NCBI GenBank assembly: GCA_041650315.1
Contig: JBAZLJ010000001.1
Location: forward strand, 5,947-69,946
Source: Candidatus Woesearchaeota archaeon
Lineage (GTDB): Archaea; Nanobdellota; Nanobdellia; Woesearchaeales; JAGVYF01
Length of the DNA: 64,000 bases
Direction of reading: 5' to 3'
In this document: positions 45,948 to 55,914 of the stretch, one piece after another
How positions within the stretch are numbered: position 1 is the stretch's first letter
How the letters are laid out: each line of letters starts with the position of its first letter
Translations under genes and position numbers: made by a program
Notes under the pieces: model-generated
The model's database searches: none
What the model was told of the DNA's origin: nothing
What the model saw: the letters and a program-made list of their open reading frames with translations, nothing else

Positions 45948-46628
45948 ATGGAACAGACTCTTAAGAAAAAAGTTGAAGCAATCATGTTTACAGTAGGCAG
46001 AAGAGTGTCTATTGATGAAATTAAGAAGCTATCTGGAGTTGAAGATGGCGAACTATTGAAAAGCGTGCTCAACGAAATAAAAGAAGTTTATGAAAAAAGC
46101 GATTCTTCTCTTAGATTAATTGAAGACTATGATTATTGGAAGATGAGCGTGAAAGAAGAATACGGCGACGTCGTCAATAGCATCGTTACTGAAACTGAGC
46201 TTTCTAAGAGCCTAATGGAGACATTAGCAGTCATTGCTTGGCAGCATCCGACATTGCAGGCAGATGTGGCAAGAATTAGAACCAATAAAGCTTACGAAGA
46301 CTTAGGGCAGCTTGAGGAAATGGGTTTCATCACTCGTAGCAAGCATGGAAGGACTCGTAAAATCAATTTGACCGATAAATTTTTCCAGTATTTTGATTTG
46401 CCAGAACATAAGCAGCAGAAGCAAGTTTTGAAGCAATTGCTGCCAGATGAGCTTAAGGATAAGGTACAGAATACTGAAGATCAAATCACGGCTGGCGAGA
46501 ATGCGATAGAACAAGAAAAAATCAAAAAAGAGTTTGAAAAGCAGAAACAAGAAACACTTAAGACAATGACTGATTCTGAGAAAGAGATACATCAAGCGGT
46601 TGAGGCTGTAAAAGAGCCTGAAAAATAG
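45948..46628 (+). CDS. scpB: Segregation and condensation protein B (ScpB)
   Basis: KVEAIMFTVGRRVSIDEIKKL; LSKSLMETLAVIAWQHPTLQADVARIR; EEMGFI. Confidence 0.75.
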   Translation: MEQTLKKKVEAIMFTVGRRVSIDEIKKLSGVEDGELLKSVLNEIKEVYEKSDSSLRLIEDYDYWKMSVKEEYGDVVNSIVTETELSKSLMETLAVIAWQHPTLQADVARIRTNKAYEDLGQLEEMGFITRSKHGRTRKINLTDKFFQYFDLPEHKQQKQVLKQLLPDELKDKVQNTEDQITAGENAIEQEKIKKEFEKQKQETLKTMTDSEKEIHQAVEAVKEPEK

Positions 46629-46769
46629 CTTTTCTAGAACCTATTTTTGCGGGTTGTCAGTATTCAAAAACGAGGGTTATAAGCCCTAAAAGGCTCGAAT
46701 TTGGCACCCAAAGGTTTATAAATCTCAACTCTTTCTAAATGCAAGTCGAGGGGTAATTTTCTGACTGAA

Positions 46770-49325
46770 ATGAGCGAAGAAATTAGCCATAAAAAGCAAG
46801 AAGAAAACAAGGGAAATATTGCTGAAAATAAGCACGAATTCTCAGGTCATGTAGTTCCAAGGCTAATCGAGCAAGAGATGAAAAAATCATATCTTGATTA
46901 TGCTATGTCAGTTATTGTAAGCAGAGCGCTCCCTGATGTTAGGGATGGTCTGAAACCAGTTCACAGGAGAGTTCTTTTTGCAATGCATGAAATGGGCATG
47001 ACTCATAACAAACCCTATAAAAAATCTGCAAGGATTGTTGGAGAGTGCCTCGGTAAGTATCATCCGCACGGAGATACTGCAGTCTATGACACAATGGTCA
47101 GACTTGCTCAGTCATGGTCGTTAAGATATCCTCTTGTTGACGGACAAGGCAATTTCGGTTCTGTCGACGGCGATAGTCCTGCAGCTATGAGGTATACTGA
47201 AGCAAGACTCAAACTTATCGCTGAAGAGATGCTCAATGATCTCAAGAAAGAGACTGTCGATTTCCAACCTAACTTTGATGGTTCATTGGAAGAGCCAACA
47301 GTATTGCCTGCAAAACTTCCTAATCTTTTAATTAACGGCACTTCGGGTATCGCTGTCGGAATGGCGACGAATATGGCGCCGCATAATCTTGTCGAAGTAG
47401 TTGACGGCATTGTGCACGTAATTGATAATCCTGAATCTACAATCTACGATTTGATGGGGCATATCAAAGGGCCCGATTTCCCGACTGGTGGTCAAGTAAT
47501 CGGAGTTAATGGTATCAAACAAGCATATCTGACTGGAAAAGGCAAAGTGCTAATCCGCGCAAGATCGCATATAGAAGAGAAAAAAGGTAAAACACATATC
47601 ATTGTCACAGAACTTCCTTATCAAGTCAATAAAAGCAATCTTCTCGAAGAGATGGCGAATATGGTCCGTGATAAAATCGTCACTGGAATTTCCGATCTAA
47701 AGGATGAATCTGATAGAGACGGAATGCGCATGGTCATCACTCTTAAGAAAGATGCAAGTCCTGATGTTGTTCTTAATCAATTGTACAAACATAGTAGGCT
47801 GCAAGTGACTTTCGGCATTAACGCTCTTGCTCTTGTTGGACAGGAACCTAGAACATTGAATCTTCTTGAGTTGGTTTATCACTTTATTGACCATAGAGCT
47901 GAAGTTGTCAAAAGAAGGACGATGTTCGATCTGAAAAAAGCAGAAGAACGCAAGCATATTTTGGAAGGTCTTGTAATCGCTTTAGATAATATTGATGCAG
48001 TAATCGAATTGATCAAGGCTGCTAAATCAACTGATGATGCCAAATTCGGTCTGTCTGCTAAATATAATCTTTCTGAGATACAGGCAACAGCTATTTTAGA
48101 TATGAAATTGCAGAAGCTTACCAATATGGAGCAAGGTAAAATTAAACAAGAATTGAAGGATCTGCTTGTGCTTATTGAAGAATTGAAATCAATCCTTGCC
48201 TCAAAGCAAAAGATATTGATGATTATCAAGAACGAACTTCTTGAGATTAAACAGAAGTTCGGAGATGCGAGAAAGACTGAACTTCTTGGCGGGGATGAAT
48301 TCGAAGATATTGAAACTGAAGATATGATAAAAGATGAAGATGTTGTTGTTACAGTCACGCATAACGGATATATCAAAAGACAATCTATGGATACTTATAA
48401 AACGCAGCATCGCGGCGGGAAGGGCATAATCAGCGTAGGAACAAATGAAGAAGATTTTGTCGAGCATCTTTTCATTGCTTCAACGCATTCGTATATGCTG
48501 TTCTTCACAGATCAAGGTCAGATGCATTGGCTGAAAGTCTATAAAGTGCCGGATGGTTCTAGAGTCGCTAAAGGCAAAGCTCTTGTCAATCTTATACAGC
48601 TTGATGAGAAAGAAAGAATCACTGCGATGATACCTATCAAAGATTTCATCGGCGAATCAAATTTAGTGATGGTCACCGAGCAGGGCGTTATTAAAAAATG
48701 CAAACTTGACCTTTTCAGCAATCCTAGGCAAGGCGGCGTTCGCGCTATCACTTTGGATGAAGGAGACGAACTCGTCAATGTTCTTCTTAGCTCTGGCGCT
48801 GACCATATTATGTTAGCTACAAGGAATGGGATGGCTGTCAAGTTCCATGAGAAAGATTCCAGAAGCATTGGTCGTACTGGCCGTGGCGTAAGGGGAATTA
48901 GATTAAGACCTAGCGATTATGTGATTGGCGCAATAATATGCAATGAAGGTGACTCAATATTAACAGTTTGCGAGAAAGGTTATGGTAAGAGGACATTGGT
49001 CTCTGAATACAGAGTCACAAGAAGGGGCGGTGTCGGTGTAACCAACATCAAATGCACTGACAAGAATGGTAAAGTAATCGCGGTTAAGGCGGTTAAGGAT
49101 GATAATGAAATTATGCTCATCTCTCAAAAGGGGATCATGATAAGGATAGACGCTAAGAATATCGCGGATATCGGCAGGAGCACTCAAGGTGTAAGGTTGA
49201 TGAAATTGCACGAAGGCGATAAAGTTATGGCAATAGCCAAGATTGTTTCTGGCGCTTTGGATAGCGAAAATATAGAAAATAATATGAATACAGAAGTCTC
49301 TGATAATGTAGGAAAACCTCAATGA
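46770..49325 (+). CDS. gyrA: DNA gyrase subunit A
   Basis: [22 protein letters not shown], catalytic [11 protein letters not shown]-terminal beta-pinwheel repeats ([10 protein letters not shown] etc.). Confidence 0.95.
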   Translation: MSEEISHKKQEENKGNIAENKHEFSGHVVPRLIEQEMKKSYLDYAMSVIVSRALPDVRDGLKPVHRRVLFAMHEMGMTHNKPYKKSARIVGECLGKYHPHGDTAVYDTMVRLAQSWSLRYPLVDGQGNFGSVDGDSPAAMRYTEARLKLIAEEMLNDLKKETVDFQPNFDGSLEEPTVLPAKLPNLLINGTSGIAVGMATNMAPHNLVEVVDGIVHVIDNPESTIYDLMGHIKGPDFPTGGQVIGVNGIKQAYLTGKGKVLIRARSHIEEKKGKTHIIVTELPYQVNKSNLLEEMANMVRDKIVTGISDLKDESDRDGMRMVITLKKDASPDVVLNQLYKHSRLQVTFGINALALVGQEPRTLNLLELVYHFIDHRAEVVKRRTMFDLKKAEERKHILEGLVIALDNIDAVIELIKAAKSTDDAKFGLSAKYNLSEIQATAILDMKLQKLTNMEQGKIKQELKDLLVLIEELKSILASKQKILMIIKNELLEIKQKFGDARKTELLGGDEFEDIETEDMIKDEDVVVTVTHNGYIKRQSMDTYKTQHRGGKGIISVGTNEEDFVEHLFIASTHSYMLFFTDQGQMHWLKVYKVPDGSRVAKGKALVNLIQLDEKERITAMIPIKDFIGESNLVMVTEQGVIKKCKLDLFSNPRQGGVRAITLDEGDELVNVLLSSGADHIMLATRNGMAVKFHEKDSRSIGRTGRGVRGIRLRPSDYVIGAIICNEGDSILTVCEKGYGKRTLVSEYRVTRRGGVGVTNIKCTDKNGKVIAVKAVKDDNEIMLISQKGIMIRIDAKNIADIGRSTQGVRLMKLHEGDKVMAIAKIVSGALDSENIENNMNTEVSDNVGKPQ

Positions 49326-49347
49326 GTGGTTTCCGAAAAGAGGCACA

Positions 49348-50475
49348 ATGAGAGTAATTTCGATCTGCTACCCCGGCATTGAAGATATATGCGCGACTGA
49401 AATAAGAGAACTTTGTTCTGTTGATTCTGAGATGCATGAAAGCGCAGTGATATTTGATGCGCCTGAGAAAAGGATAATCAATTATTGCTATTTTGCGCAG
49501 ACGCCTAGCAAGGTACTTGGTTTTCTAGGTTATTATCAGTTTGATTCACTGAAGAATTTGCTTGATTTTGTTCATAAGATAGATTTGCATGGTTGGGTTA
49601 CTAAAGAAACTTCGTTTAAAGTCGTTTGCACCAGGTTAGGTGAGCATGATTTCAATAGCGAAAAAGTAGTTCAAGGCGTTGGCGGGATTTTCTTTGAGAA
49701 TTCTGGATTGAAAGTTAATCTGAAGAATCCTGATTTAATTATTTATGTTTATATTTTCAATAATACTTGTTATATGGGAATAGATTTGACTGGGTTGGAT
49801 CACGGCAAACGTGATTACAAAACGTTCTCTCCGCCTGAGACAATAAATGCGCCAATTGGATATGCATTGCTTAGAGTCGCGAATTATGACAAACGTGATT
49901 ATCTCATGAATTTCAATTGCGAGTCTGGGGCAATTGCGATAGAAGCTGCGCTTATGGCTACAAAAAAGTCAATTAATTTCTATAAAAAAGATTTGTTCCG
50001 TTTTGATCGATTAAAGCCGTTTGAGAAAGTATACTATGAAGGGTATCTCGATGAGCTTGACAAAAATGTCAAGGATGAGAAACTCAAGATATTCTGCGTT
50101 GATCATCTTATGGCACATATCAAATATACTGAGAAGAATGCCAAGATAGCTGGCGTGAATAAATCATTGAATTTCTGCAGAATGGATACTGAATGGCTGG
50201 ATACTAAATTCGAGAAGGCAAGCGTTGAGAAAGTTATTGCGCTTCTTCCAAGTGTATCAAACAGCAAAAGCGAATCTGATATTCGTGCATTGTATAAAGA
50301 AATATTCTATCAATTTGAGTATATTGTGAAAAAGGACGCTTTGCTAGTCTTTATTGTGCGCAATAATGAGATTTTGAAGGAGATGGCTAAGGAGTATAAG
50401 TTCAAAGTAATTCATGAAAGGCGCGTTTTCCAAGGGCAGAATCCGTATTGGATAAATTCGTTTGAAAAAGAGTAA
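49348..50475 (+). CDS. THUMP-domain RNA methyltransferase-like protein (Trm14/UPF0020 family) with degenerate catalytic motifs
   Basis: THUMP-like N-terminal half. NFNCESGAIAIEAAL stands in place of DP.CGSGT..IEAA, and LLPSVS where (D/N)PPY is expected. Confidence 0.6.
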   Translation: MRVISICYPGIEDICATEIRELCSVDSEMHESAVIFDAPEKRIINYCYFAQTPSKVLGFLGYYQFDSLKNLLDFVHKIDLHGWVTKETSFKVVCTRLGEHDFNSEKVVQGVGGIFFENSGLKVNLKNPDLIIYVYIFNNTCYMGIDLTGLDHGKRDYKTFSPPETINAPIGYALLRVANYDKRDYLMNFNCESGAIAIEAALMATKKSINFYKKDLFRFDRLKPFEKVYYEGYLDELDKNVKDEKLKIFCVDHLMAHIKYTEKNAKIAGVNKSLNFCRMDTEWLDTKFEKASVEKVIALLPSVSNSKSESDIRALYKEIFYQFEYIVKKDALLVFIVRNNEILKEMAKEYKFKVIHERRVFQGQNPYWINSFEKE

Positions 50476-50483
50476 TTCTAACT

Positions 50484-50593
50484 ATCTGCAACAGGTAAAT
50501 TTTCTAAATTCTCTAGCTAAGACTGACATTCCCGAGGACTGGGTACCTTGTCAGTTCTCATCTTTTGCGATAAAATTTACAATGGTTGCAGAT
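50484..50593 (+). repeat. Structured repeat element, copy 3
   Basis: Stems CTATCTGCAAC/GTTGCAGATAG, TAAATTTT/AAAATTTA and ACTGACA/TGTCAGT around TTCCCGAGGACTGGGTACCT. Starts 8 nt after the stop of the upstream gene. Confidence 0.6.
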
Positions 50594-50643
50594 AGTACTT
50601 TTTGTATAGTAACCTTTATAAATAGCCACAAAAGCCTATTTCT

Positions 50644-51011
50644 AGAGTAGAGGGCTACTTAACTAACGGTGAATCAATGACAAGAAAGGCGTTAAACCGC
50701 CCGACTGTAAGGATTTACTGAGGAAAGTCCGTCCACCCCCAGCTAACGGCTGGGAAGCAACCACTCACGATAGTGAGGCGGAGCGATCTACGGCACTGGC
50801 TCAGAAACGACACGGCCATTGAATTTGGGATGAGACAATGAAGCTTCGGGCAACTGAAGGGAGTTAACTTGTCGACGTCTTCAATGGAAACGGTTAAACG
50901 GCGAAACCTGGTTGGTGCAAGTCTATAAGACGCATAGTTGAATGTTAAGACAGTCTGTCTGTCCGCAAGGTACCAGAGACTGACAAAAGACGGCTTACGG
51001 GCCTCTACTCT
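50644..51011 (+). ncRNA. rnpB: RNase P RNA (archaeal type)
   Basis: P1 pairing AGAGTAGAGGG... with ...GCCTCTACTCT; CR-I GAGGAAAGTCCG at about 50720; CR-V-like GACAAAAGACGGCTTAC near the 3' end. Confidence 0.85.
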
Positions 51012-51069
51012 ATTTTTTCTTTTAGTTAAACATAACCTTTAAAAATAAACTCTACTTTTGATAGATAAA

Positions 51070-51243
51070 ATGGCAGATAACAAAATAAATATTCCTTCTT
51101 CACAAGGCGGTTTGGTTAGGTTCTCAGAGGATCTAAAATCGAAAATCGCTATGAAACCAGAGCATGTCATATTATTAGTTATCGTGCTTATTGTTCTTGA
51201 GATAATTCTTCATACTTATGGCACATCATTTTTGGGGCTGTGA
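51070..51243 (+). CDS. secG: Preprotein translocase subunit Sec61beta (SecG)
   Basis: MADNKINIPSSQGGLVRFSEDL...KPEHVILLVIVLIVLEIILH: tail-anchored, GL.R(F/Y) motif. Confidence 0.75.
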   Translation: MADNKINIPSSQGGLVRFSEDLKSKIAMKPEHVILLVIVLIVLEIILHTYGTSFLGL

Positions 51244-51245
51244 TT

Positions 51246-51587
51246 ATGTTTCCTGGCTTAGACCCTAGACAGATGCAGAAAATGATGAAACAGCTAGGAG
51301 TTAAACAGGATACTCTTGAAGCGACAGAAGTCATAATCAAGACGGATTCTAAAGAATTGATTTTTCGCAATCCTGAAGTTACCAAAGTCAATATGATGGG
51401 TCAAGATACTTATCAGATTGTGGGAAGGCCTATTGAACGTAGCATAAGTAAGATGCCTGAGATAAGCGAAGAAGATGTAAAGACTGTAGCTGAACAGGCA
51501 AATGTCAGCGATGAAGAGGCAAAAGAGGCTTTAGTGCGTAATAAAGGCGATATTGCTGCTTCTATTCTCGAATTGACTGCAGAATAG
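51246..51587 (+). CDS. nac: Nascent polypeptide-associated complex protein (NAC plus UBA)
   Basis: MFPGLDPRQMQKMMKQLG, a NAC beta-barrel segment, and C-terminal UBA VSDEEAKEALVRNKGDIAASILEL. Confidence 0.85.
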   Translation: MFPGLDPRQMQKMMKQLGVKQDTLEATEVIIKTDSKELIFRNPEVTKVNMMGQDTYQIVGRPIERSISKMPEISEEDVKTVAEQANVSDEEAKEALVRNKGDIAASILELTAE

Positions 51588-51626
51588 TAATATTTAAAAA
51601 GATAGTTTCCCTTAGTTATAGGAATA

Positions 51627-52121
51627 ATGGCCATTACTAATACTTATCAGCAATATCTAAAAGAATCTTCTAGGACATTCAAAGTCGCAGATCATATGTT
51701 GTCAGTCACTTATCCGTTGGTAAAAGATACTAAATTGTTGTTGGTTGTACTTGAAAATCTGCATTTTTCGCTCACAAATGCAGTGTCTGCTTTAGTCTAT
51801 CATGAAAGGTATTACAAGAGATTGCCGCCGTTTCAGGAAGCTTTCGATTCGCAGTTCAATATGTTCATGATGAAATGCGCGCCTAATTATAGGATAGAAA
51901 ATTCTCAGATACAGTTGGTGCAGGATATACAGAGTTTGATATGCGAACATAAGAAAAGTCCGGTTGAATTCATTAAACAGGACAAGTTCGTGATATGCTC
52001 TGATGATTACAAGATCAATGCGTTAACAATGGAAGAAATCAAAAGTTATTTATTAAAGACTAAAATATTCATAGATAATATCCAGAATATCATAACTAAA
52101 AATGAGAGAAGTACTCCGTAA
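51627..52121 (+). CDS. Hypothetical helical protein
   Basis: 164-aa ORF with no family recognised. Confidence 0.45.
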   Translation: MAITNTYQQYLKESSRTFKVADHMLSVTYPLVKDTKLLLVVLENLHFSLTNAVSALVYHERYYKRLPPFQEAFDSQFNMFMMKCAPNYRIENSQIQLVQDIQSLICEHKKSPVEFIKQDKFVICSDDYKINALTMEEIKSYLLKTKIFIDNIQNIITKNERSTP

Positions 52122-52602
52122 CTCCCTTGAGGAGATAAAGCGTGTAGATCATTTGATTTACGTAAGTCTGAAGTATACAAGGACTGTTGACGTCATAAAA
52201 AGCGTTATGCAAAGAATGCTTGATTCTATGGATTTCTTGATACAAGCGAATCTTATGGCATGCAAATCGTGTGATGATGCAGATTTTCCTAAGATGCCAA
52301 CTGAAAAAGTAAGACTTTTGAAAACATTGCATCCGCAAAATGAACAGCTTCACAAATATCTTGACTTTTATACCAAGATCCGTAAGATATTGCGCGCGAA
52401 ATATACCGCGTCACAGGAATTCAGAAGGCACGTAACAATGTCAGTAGTTTTTGATAATCCCGATGAAAATTTGGATGTAAATATCGACGTGATAAATGAA
52501 TACTATTTATTGTTGAAAGAGTTCTTTGATTATACATATGAAGTGATAGATAATGCAGAAAAAAACGAAAAAGCAACCGCAGACAAGAAAAAGAAGAAAT
52601 AG
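52102..52602 (+). CDS. Hypothetical helical protein
   Basis: 166-aa ORF that overlaps its neighbour by 20 nt. Confidence 0.45.
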   Translation: MREVLRNSLEEIKRVDHLIYVSLKYTRTVDVIKSVMQRMLDSMDFLIQANLMACKSCDDADFPKMPTEKVRLLKTLHPQNEQLHKYLDFYTKIRKILRAKYTASQEFRRHVTMSVVFDNPDENLDVNIDVINEYYLLLKEFFDYTYEVIDNAEKNEKATADKKKKK

Positions 52603-53056
52603 CAAAGTCATAAAGACAGATTTTAAAATCACATTAGATGAGCATCATCATGACGATTCTAATAAAATGACTTATTGGATGGCACTTCTTGTGTTGGTAG
52701 TCTGCAATTTCGTTATATCAATTGTTCTAATTCCTTTCTTAATCATTCTTGAAAAAACTCCTTTATATATGATAGTAATGGTGCTGGGTATAATGTTCGG
52801 CGCATTGTTCAAGCTCTTACTAAGCAGCATAAAAGGTTTAGAACAAGAGCATCAGACTCTTGCGCAGTTTTTTGTTCCAGCTTTGGCAGTAGTAAATATA
52901 GCAGTAATCGCTACGCTTAGCAACAAGATGATATACTTGCTTAATCTCGGCACTGAAAATTCTCCAGGCATTATTGGCCTAGTCTATGCGCTTGCATTCA
53001 TTATTCCTTTTATCTATATGGATGTGTTGCTCAAATTAAAGAAATTCATGAAATAA
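52553..53056 (+). CDS. Hypothetical membrane protein (the true start may be an internal Met)
   Basis: Four hydrophobic helices follow a basic N-terminus. Confidence 0.45.
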   Translation: MQKKTKKQPQTRKRRNSKVIKTDFKITLDEHHHDDSNKMTYWMALLVLVVCNFVISIVLIPFLIILEKTPLYMIVMVLGIMFGALFKLLLSSIKGLEQEHQTLAQFFVPALAVVNIAVIATLSNKMIYLLNLGTENSPGIIGLVYALAFIIPFIYMDVLLKLKKFMK

Positions 53057-53062
53057 TAAGAG

Positions 53063-53149
53063 GGCGACGAGGGGGAATCGAACCCCCGCCATAGGATTTC
53101 TGCGAATTTTCTCCACAGTCCCATATTCTACCATTAAACTATCATCGCC
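53063..53149 (-). tRNA. tRNA-His(GTG) with encoded G-1 and a 15-nt intron at 37/38
   Basis: The reverse complement reads G-GCGATGA-TA-GTTT-AATGGTA-GAAT-A-TGGGA-CTGTGG[15 nt]A-TCCTA-TGGC-GGGGG-TTCGATT-CCCCC-TCGTCGC-C. G-1 pairs with C73. Intron GCAG pairs with CTGT of the loop (BHB). Confidence 0.8.
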
Positions 53150-53338
53150 AGCCTTTTAGGAAAAGCCTGGGGAAAACAACCCCAGTACCATTTTGCTAAA
53201 TGGTACGAATGAATTCGCGAATGAATATTGCGAATGTCTGATATACGAAATAAATAGATGGTTTATAAAGGTTGCTCTAGATTTTTTGACGTTTTTTTGC
53301 ACTAACATTTATAAACGAATACTTGAGAATATAGATTC

Positions 53339-53737
53339 ATGAGAAAAATTTTGCTTGATACAAACTTTTTGTTGATTCCGCAGATGTTCAGGGTAGATAT
53401 ATTCGAAGAGATCAGACGGATATGCGATTTCAATTATGAGTTATGCGTGCTGAAGCAGACCATAGATGAATTGAACAAGATAATCAAGGAAGATAAGCCT
53501 AAACATCAGCTTGCGGCTAGAATCGGATTGGGCCTTATAAAAGCAAAAGATTTAAAAATAGTATCTCAAAAAGAGGGATATACTGATGATGTGATAGTCA
53601 GGTTAGCCAAAGAGGATTATATCATCGCAACACAGGATAAAGAGCTTAAAAATAGGCTAAATCTGATAAACGCAGAGTATATCACATTGCGTCAAATGAA
53701 GTATTTAATATTCATGAATAAGAAAAAGGTAATCTAA
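53339..53737 (+). CDS. PIN-domain ribonuclease, Fcf1/Utp24-like
   Basis: ILLDTNFLL, DDVIVRLAKEDYIIATQDKELKNRL. Conserved position upstream of rpo7-spt4. Confidence 0.75.
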   Translation: MRKILLDTNFLLIPQMFRVDIFEEIRRICDFNYELCVLKQTIDELNKIIKEDKPKHQLAARIGLGLIKAKDLKIVSQKEGYTDDVIVRLAKEDYIIATQDKELKNRLNLINAEYITLRQMKYLIFMNKKKVI

Positions 53738-53738
53738 A

Positions 53739-54308
53739 ATGTTTTACTTAAGCCAAATAATTGACCATATAAGAGTCGCGCCAAGCGATTTCGGACTTGA
53801 AAAGACAGAAGCAATTATCAAAAGCATAAAGAAAAGCTATGAAGGCTATATTTCTAAAGATCTCGGCATTGTAATTGATGTCGGCGATGTACAGGATGTA
53901 AAGGAAGGAGTAATCATACCTGGAGATGGCGCTTCATACTATGAAACCACTTTCAATCTTATAGTTTACAAACCAGAACTACAGGAAGTTGTAGTCGGTA
54001 ATATCAAGGATATCGCAGAATTCGGCGCATTCTTGAATCTAGGCCCTATTGAAGGCATGATACATATTTCACAAACAATGGATGATTTCGTATCATTCGC
54101 AAAAGATAAAACCCTTGCAGGAAAAGACAGCAAAAGAAGCCTTAAAGTAGGCGATGTATGCAGAGCAAGGATGATCGCATTATCATTCAAGGACATAAGC
54201 AATCCTAAGCTTGGTCTTACAATGAGACAAAAAGGTTTGGGCAGGCTTGATTGGTCTGAAGAAGAAAAAGAAAAAGAGGCAGCCCCAGAAAAGGCGACTA
54301 AAAAATGA
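53739..54308 (+). CDS. rpo7: DNA-directed RNA polymerase subunit Rpo7 (E')
   Basis: SHS2 N-terminal domain plus S1 domain (VVVGNIKDIAEFGAFLNLGPIEGMIHISQ). Confidence 0.9.
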   Translation: MFYLSQIIDHIRVAPSDFGLEKTEAIIKSIKKSYEGYISKDLGIVIDVGDVQDVKEGVIIPGDGASYYETTFNLIVYKPELQEVVVGNIKDIAEFGAFLNLGPIEGMIHISQTMDDFVSFAKDKTLAGKDSKRSLKVGDVCRARMIALSFKDISNPKLGLTMRQKGLGRLDWSEEEKEKEAAPEKATKK

Positions 54309-54493
54309 GCAAGAAGAAAATATGCAAAACCTGCAAATTGTTCGTCGATGGAGATAAATGCCCTATTTGCAATAACAGCAATTTCGCATCTGCTTTCAAT
54401 GGAAGGATGTATATTTTAGATCCTAACAGATCCGAGATAGCAAAAAAGATAGGCATAAAAGCGAAAGGCGAATACGCAATCAAAATCAAATAG
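54305..54493 (+). CDS. spt4: Transcription elongation factor Spt4 (RpoE'')
   Basis: Zn ribbon CKTC...CPIC. The start overlaps the rpo7 stop. Confidence 0.85.
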   Translation: MSKKKICKTCKLFVDGDKCPICNNSNFASAFNGRMYILDPNRSEIAKKIGIKAKGEYAIKIK

Positions 54494-54517
54494 ATAAAAA
54501 CAAATCAAGTGATCAAA

Positions 54518-54814
54518 ATGGAAATGAAAATAACACATGAAGAATATGCACCATTATTATCTTTGAAAAGAATTACTGCACATATCACTTTTACTGGCAA
54601 GACTCCTTCATATGAAGAAGTTACAAAAAGCCTTGCTGAAAAAAAGGGTACAAAACCTGAACTTGTGCAGATTAAACATCTATACAATGATTATAGGTCA
54701 CAAAGCGCTGAAGTCATAGCAAATGTATATGATTCTGAAAAAGCTTTAACTGAGCTTAAAGACAGAAAAAAACCTAAGAAAGGCGCTAAGAAAGAAGAGA
54801 AGAAAGAAGAATAA
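54518..54814 (+). CDS. rps24e: 30S ribosomal protein eS24
   Basis: [31 protein letters not shown]; K-rich tail. Confidence 0.85.
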   Translation: MEMKITHEEYAPLLSLKRITAHITFTGKTPSYEEVTKSLAEKKGTKPELVQIKHLYNDYRSQSAEVIANVYDSEKALTELKDRKKPKKGAKKEEKKEE

Positions 54815-54825
54815 GGGAGATAAAA

Positions 54826-55035
54826 ATGGCAGCACCAGCTAAAGAAACTAAAAAAGCAGCAGCAATCAAACTCAAACCTACCAGTAAAAGGTATGTCCTA
54901 TATGAGATCTCAGGCAATTCCTTGAAAAGAAAGAATAAATTCTGTCCAAAATGCGGCACAGGAGTATTCCTTGCACAGCACAAAGATAGGGCAACTTGCG
55001 GTAATTGTCACTTTACTGAGTTCCATAAGAAATAA
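54826..55035 (+). CDS. rps27ae: 30S ribosomal protein eS31 (S27ae)
   Basis: Zn ribbon CPKCG...CGNCH. Confidence 0.85.
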   Translation: MAAPAKETKKAAAIKLKPTSKRYVLYEISGNSLKRKNKFCPKCGTGVFLAQHKDRATCGNCHFTEFHKK

Positions 55036-55194
55036 GCTTTTTTTTAATATTTTTATTACTGAATAGATATAGCTATAAATGCCCTTTATTTATATACTAT
55101 TTATAAATCCTTTTTATACTAAAAACAGAAGTATTTAAATACTGAACCACACTTTCCATATATATTTTACAATCACTATAATACATATAATTCA

Positions 55195-55767
55195 ATGGGG
55201 GAATCTAATATGCCAAACACAAAAGAAATCAAAGTTGTAAACATAGTCGTATCCACTTCTCTGGAACACGATGTGCCTTTGGAAAAGATGGCTTCTACTC
55301 TATCAAATACTGAATATAATCCAGAACAATTTCCAGGATTGGTATTGAGAATCAAAGAGCCTAAAACAACTGCTTTAGTGTTCAGTTCTGGTAAAGTGGT
55401 TTGCACTGGCGCTAAAACAATGGATGAAGTAAGCAAATCCATAGCTAAAATTATAAAAACACTTGAGAAAATCAATATCAAGATAGAAATAACCCCTATA
55501 ATCAATGTACAGAATATTGTAGCATCCGGTAATATCGGCATGGATTTGAATTTGAACGTTCTAGCTATGAAATTACCTAATACAGAATATGAACCAGAAC
55601 AATTCCCTGGTCTTGTTTACAAGCTGGGCGGAAAATCTGGCGCAGATAGAGCTACATTCCTATTATTCAGCAACGGCAAAATCGTATGCACAGGAACTAA
55701 ATCGGAACAAGAAGTCGATCAGGCTGTAGATAAGCTGATTGTCAACTTAAAGAAAGTCAAGAAATAA
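55195..55767 (+). CDS. tbp: TATA-box binding protein
   Basis: Two TBP repeats: NTEYNPEQFPGLVLRIKEPKTTALVFSSGKVVCTGAK and NTEYEPEQFPGLVYKL...LLFSNGKIVCTGTK. Confidence 0.95.
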   Translation: MGESNMPNTKEIKVVNIVVSTSLEHDVPLEKMASTLSNTEYNPEQFPGLVLRIKEPKTTALVFSSGKVVCTGAKTMDEVSKSIAKIIKTLEKINIKIEITPIINVQNIVASGNIGMDLNLNVLAMKLPNTEYEPEQFPGLVYKLGGKSGADRATFLLFSNGKIVCTGTKSEQEVDQAVDKLIVNLKKVKK

Positions 55768-55914
55768 ACTCGTTAAAGTAAACTGAATAATTTTTGATAT
55801 ACATTTTCCGATTGTAGGGATTCCAAGCGAGTAATCTATAAATACTCGTTTTATCTTTTCTTTTTGTTATATTCGTAAAATATAGGGGATATAGGGTAAG
55901 CGAGGGGGTAGATA

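Noticed and set aside
50462-50650. 62-aa plus-strand ORF downstream of the THUMP gene
   Set aside because: It exactly overlies structured repeat copy 3 and runs into the 5' end of RNase P RNA. The paired-stem architecture explains the sequence better than coding does.
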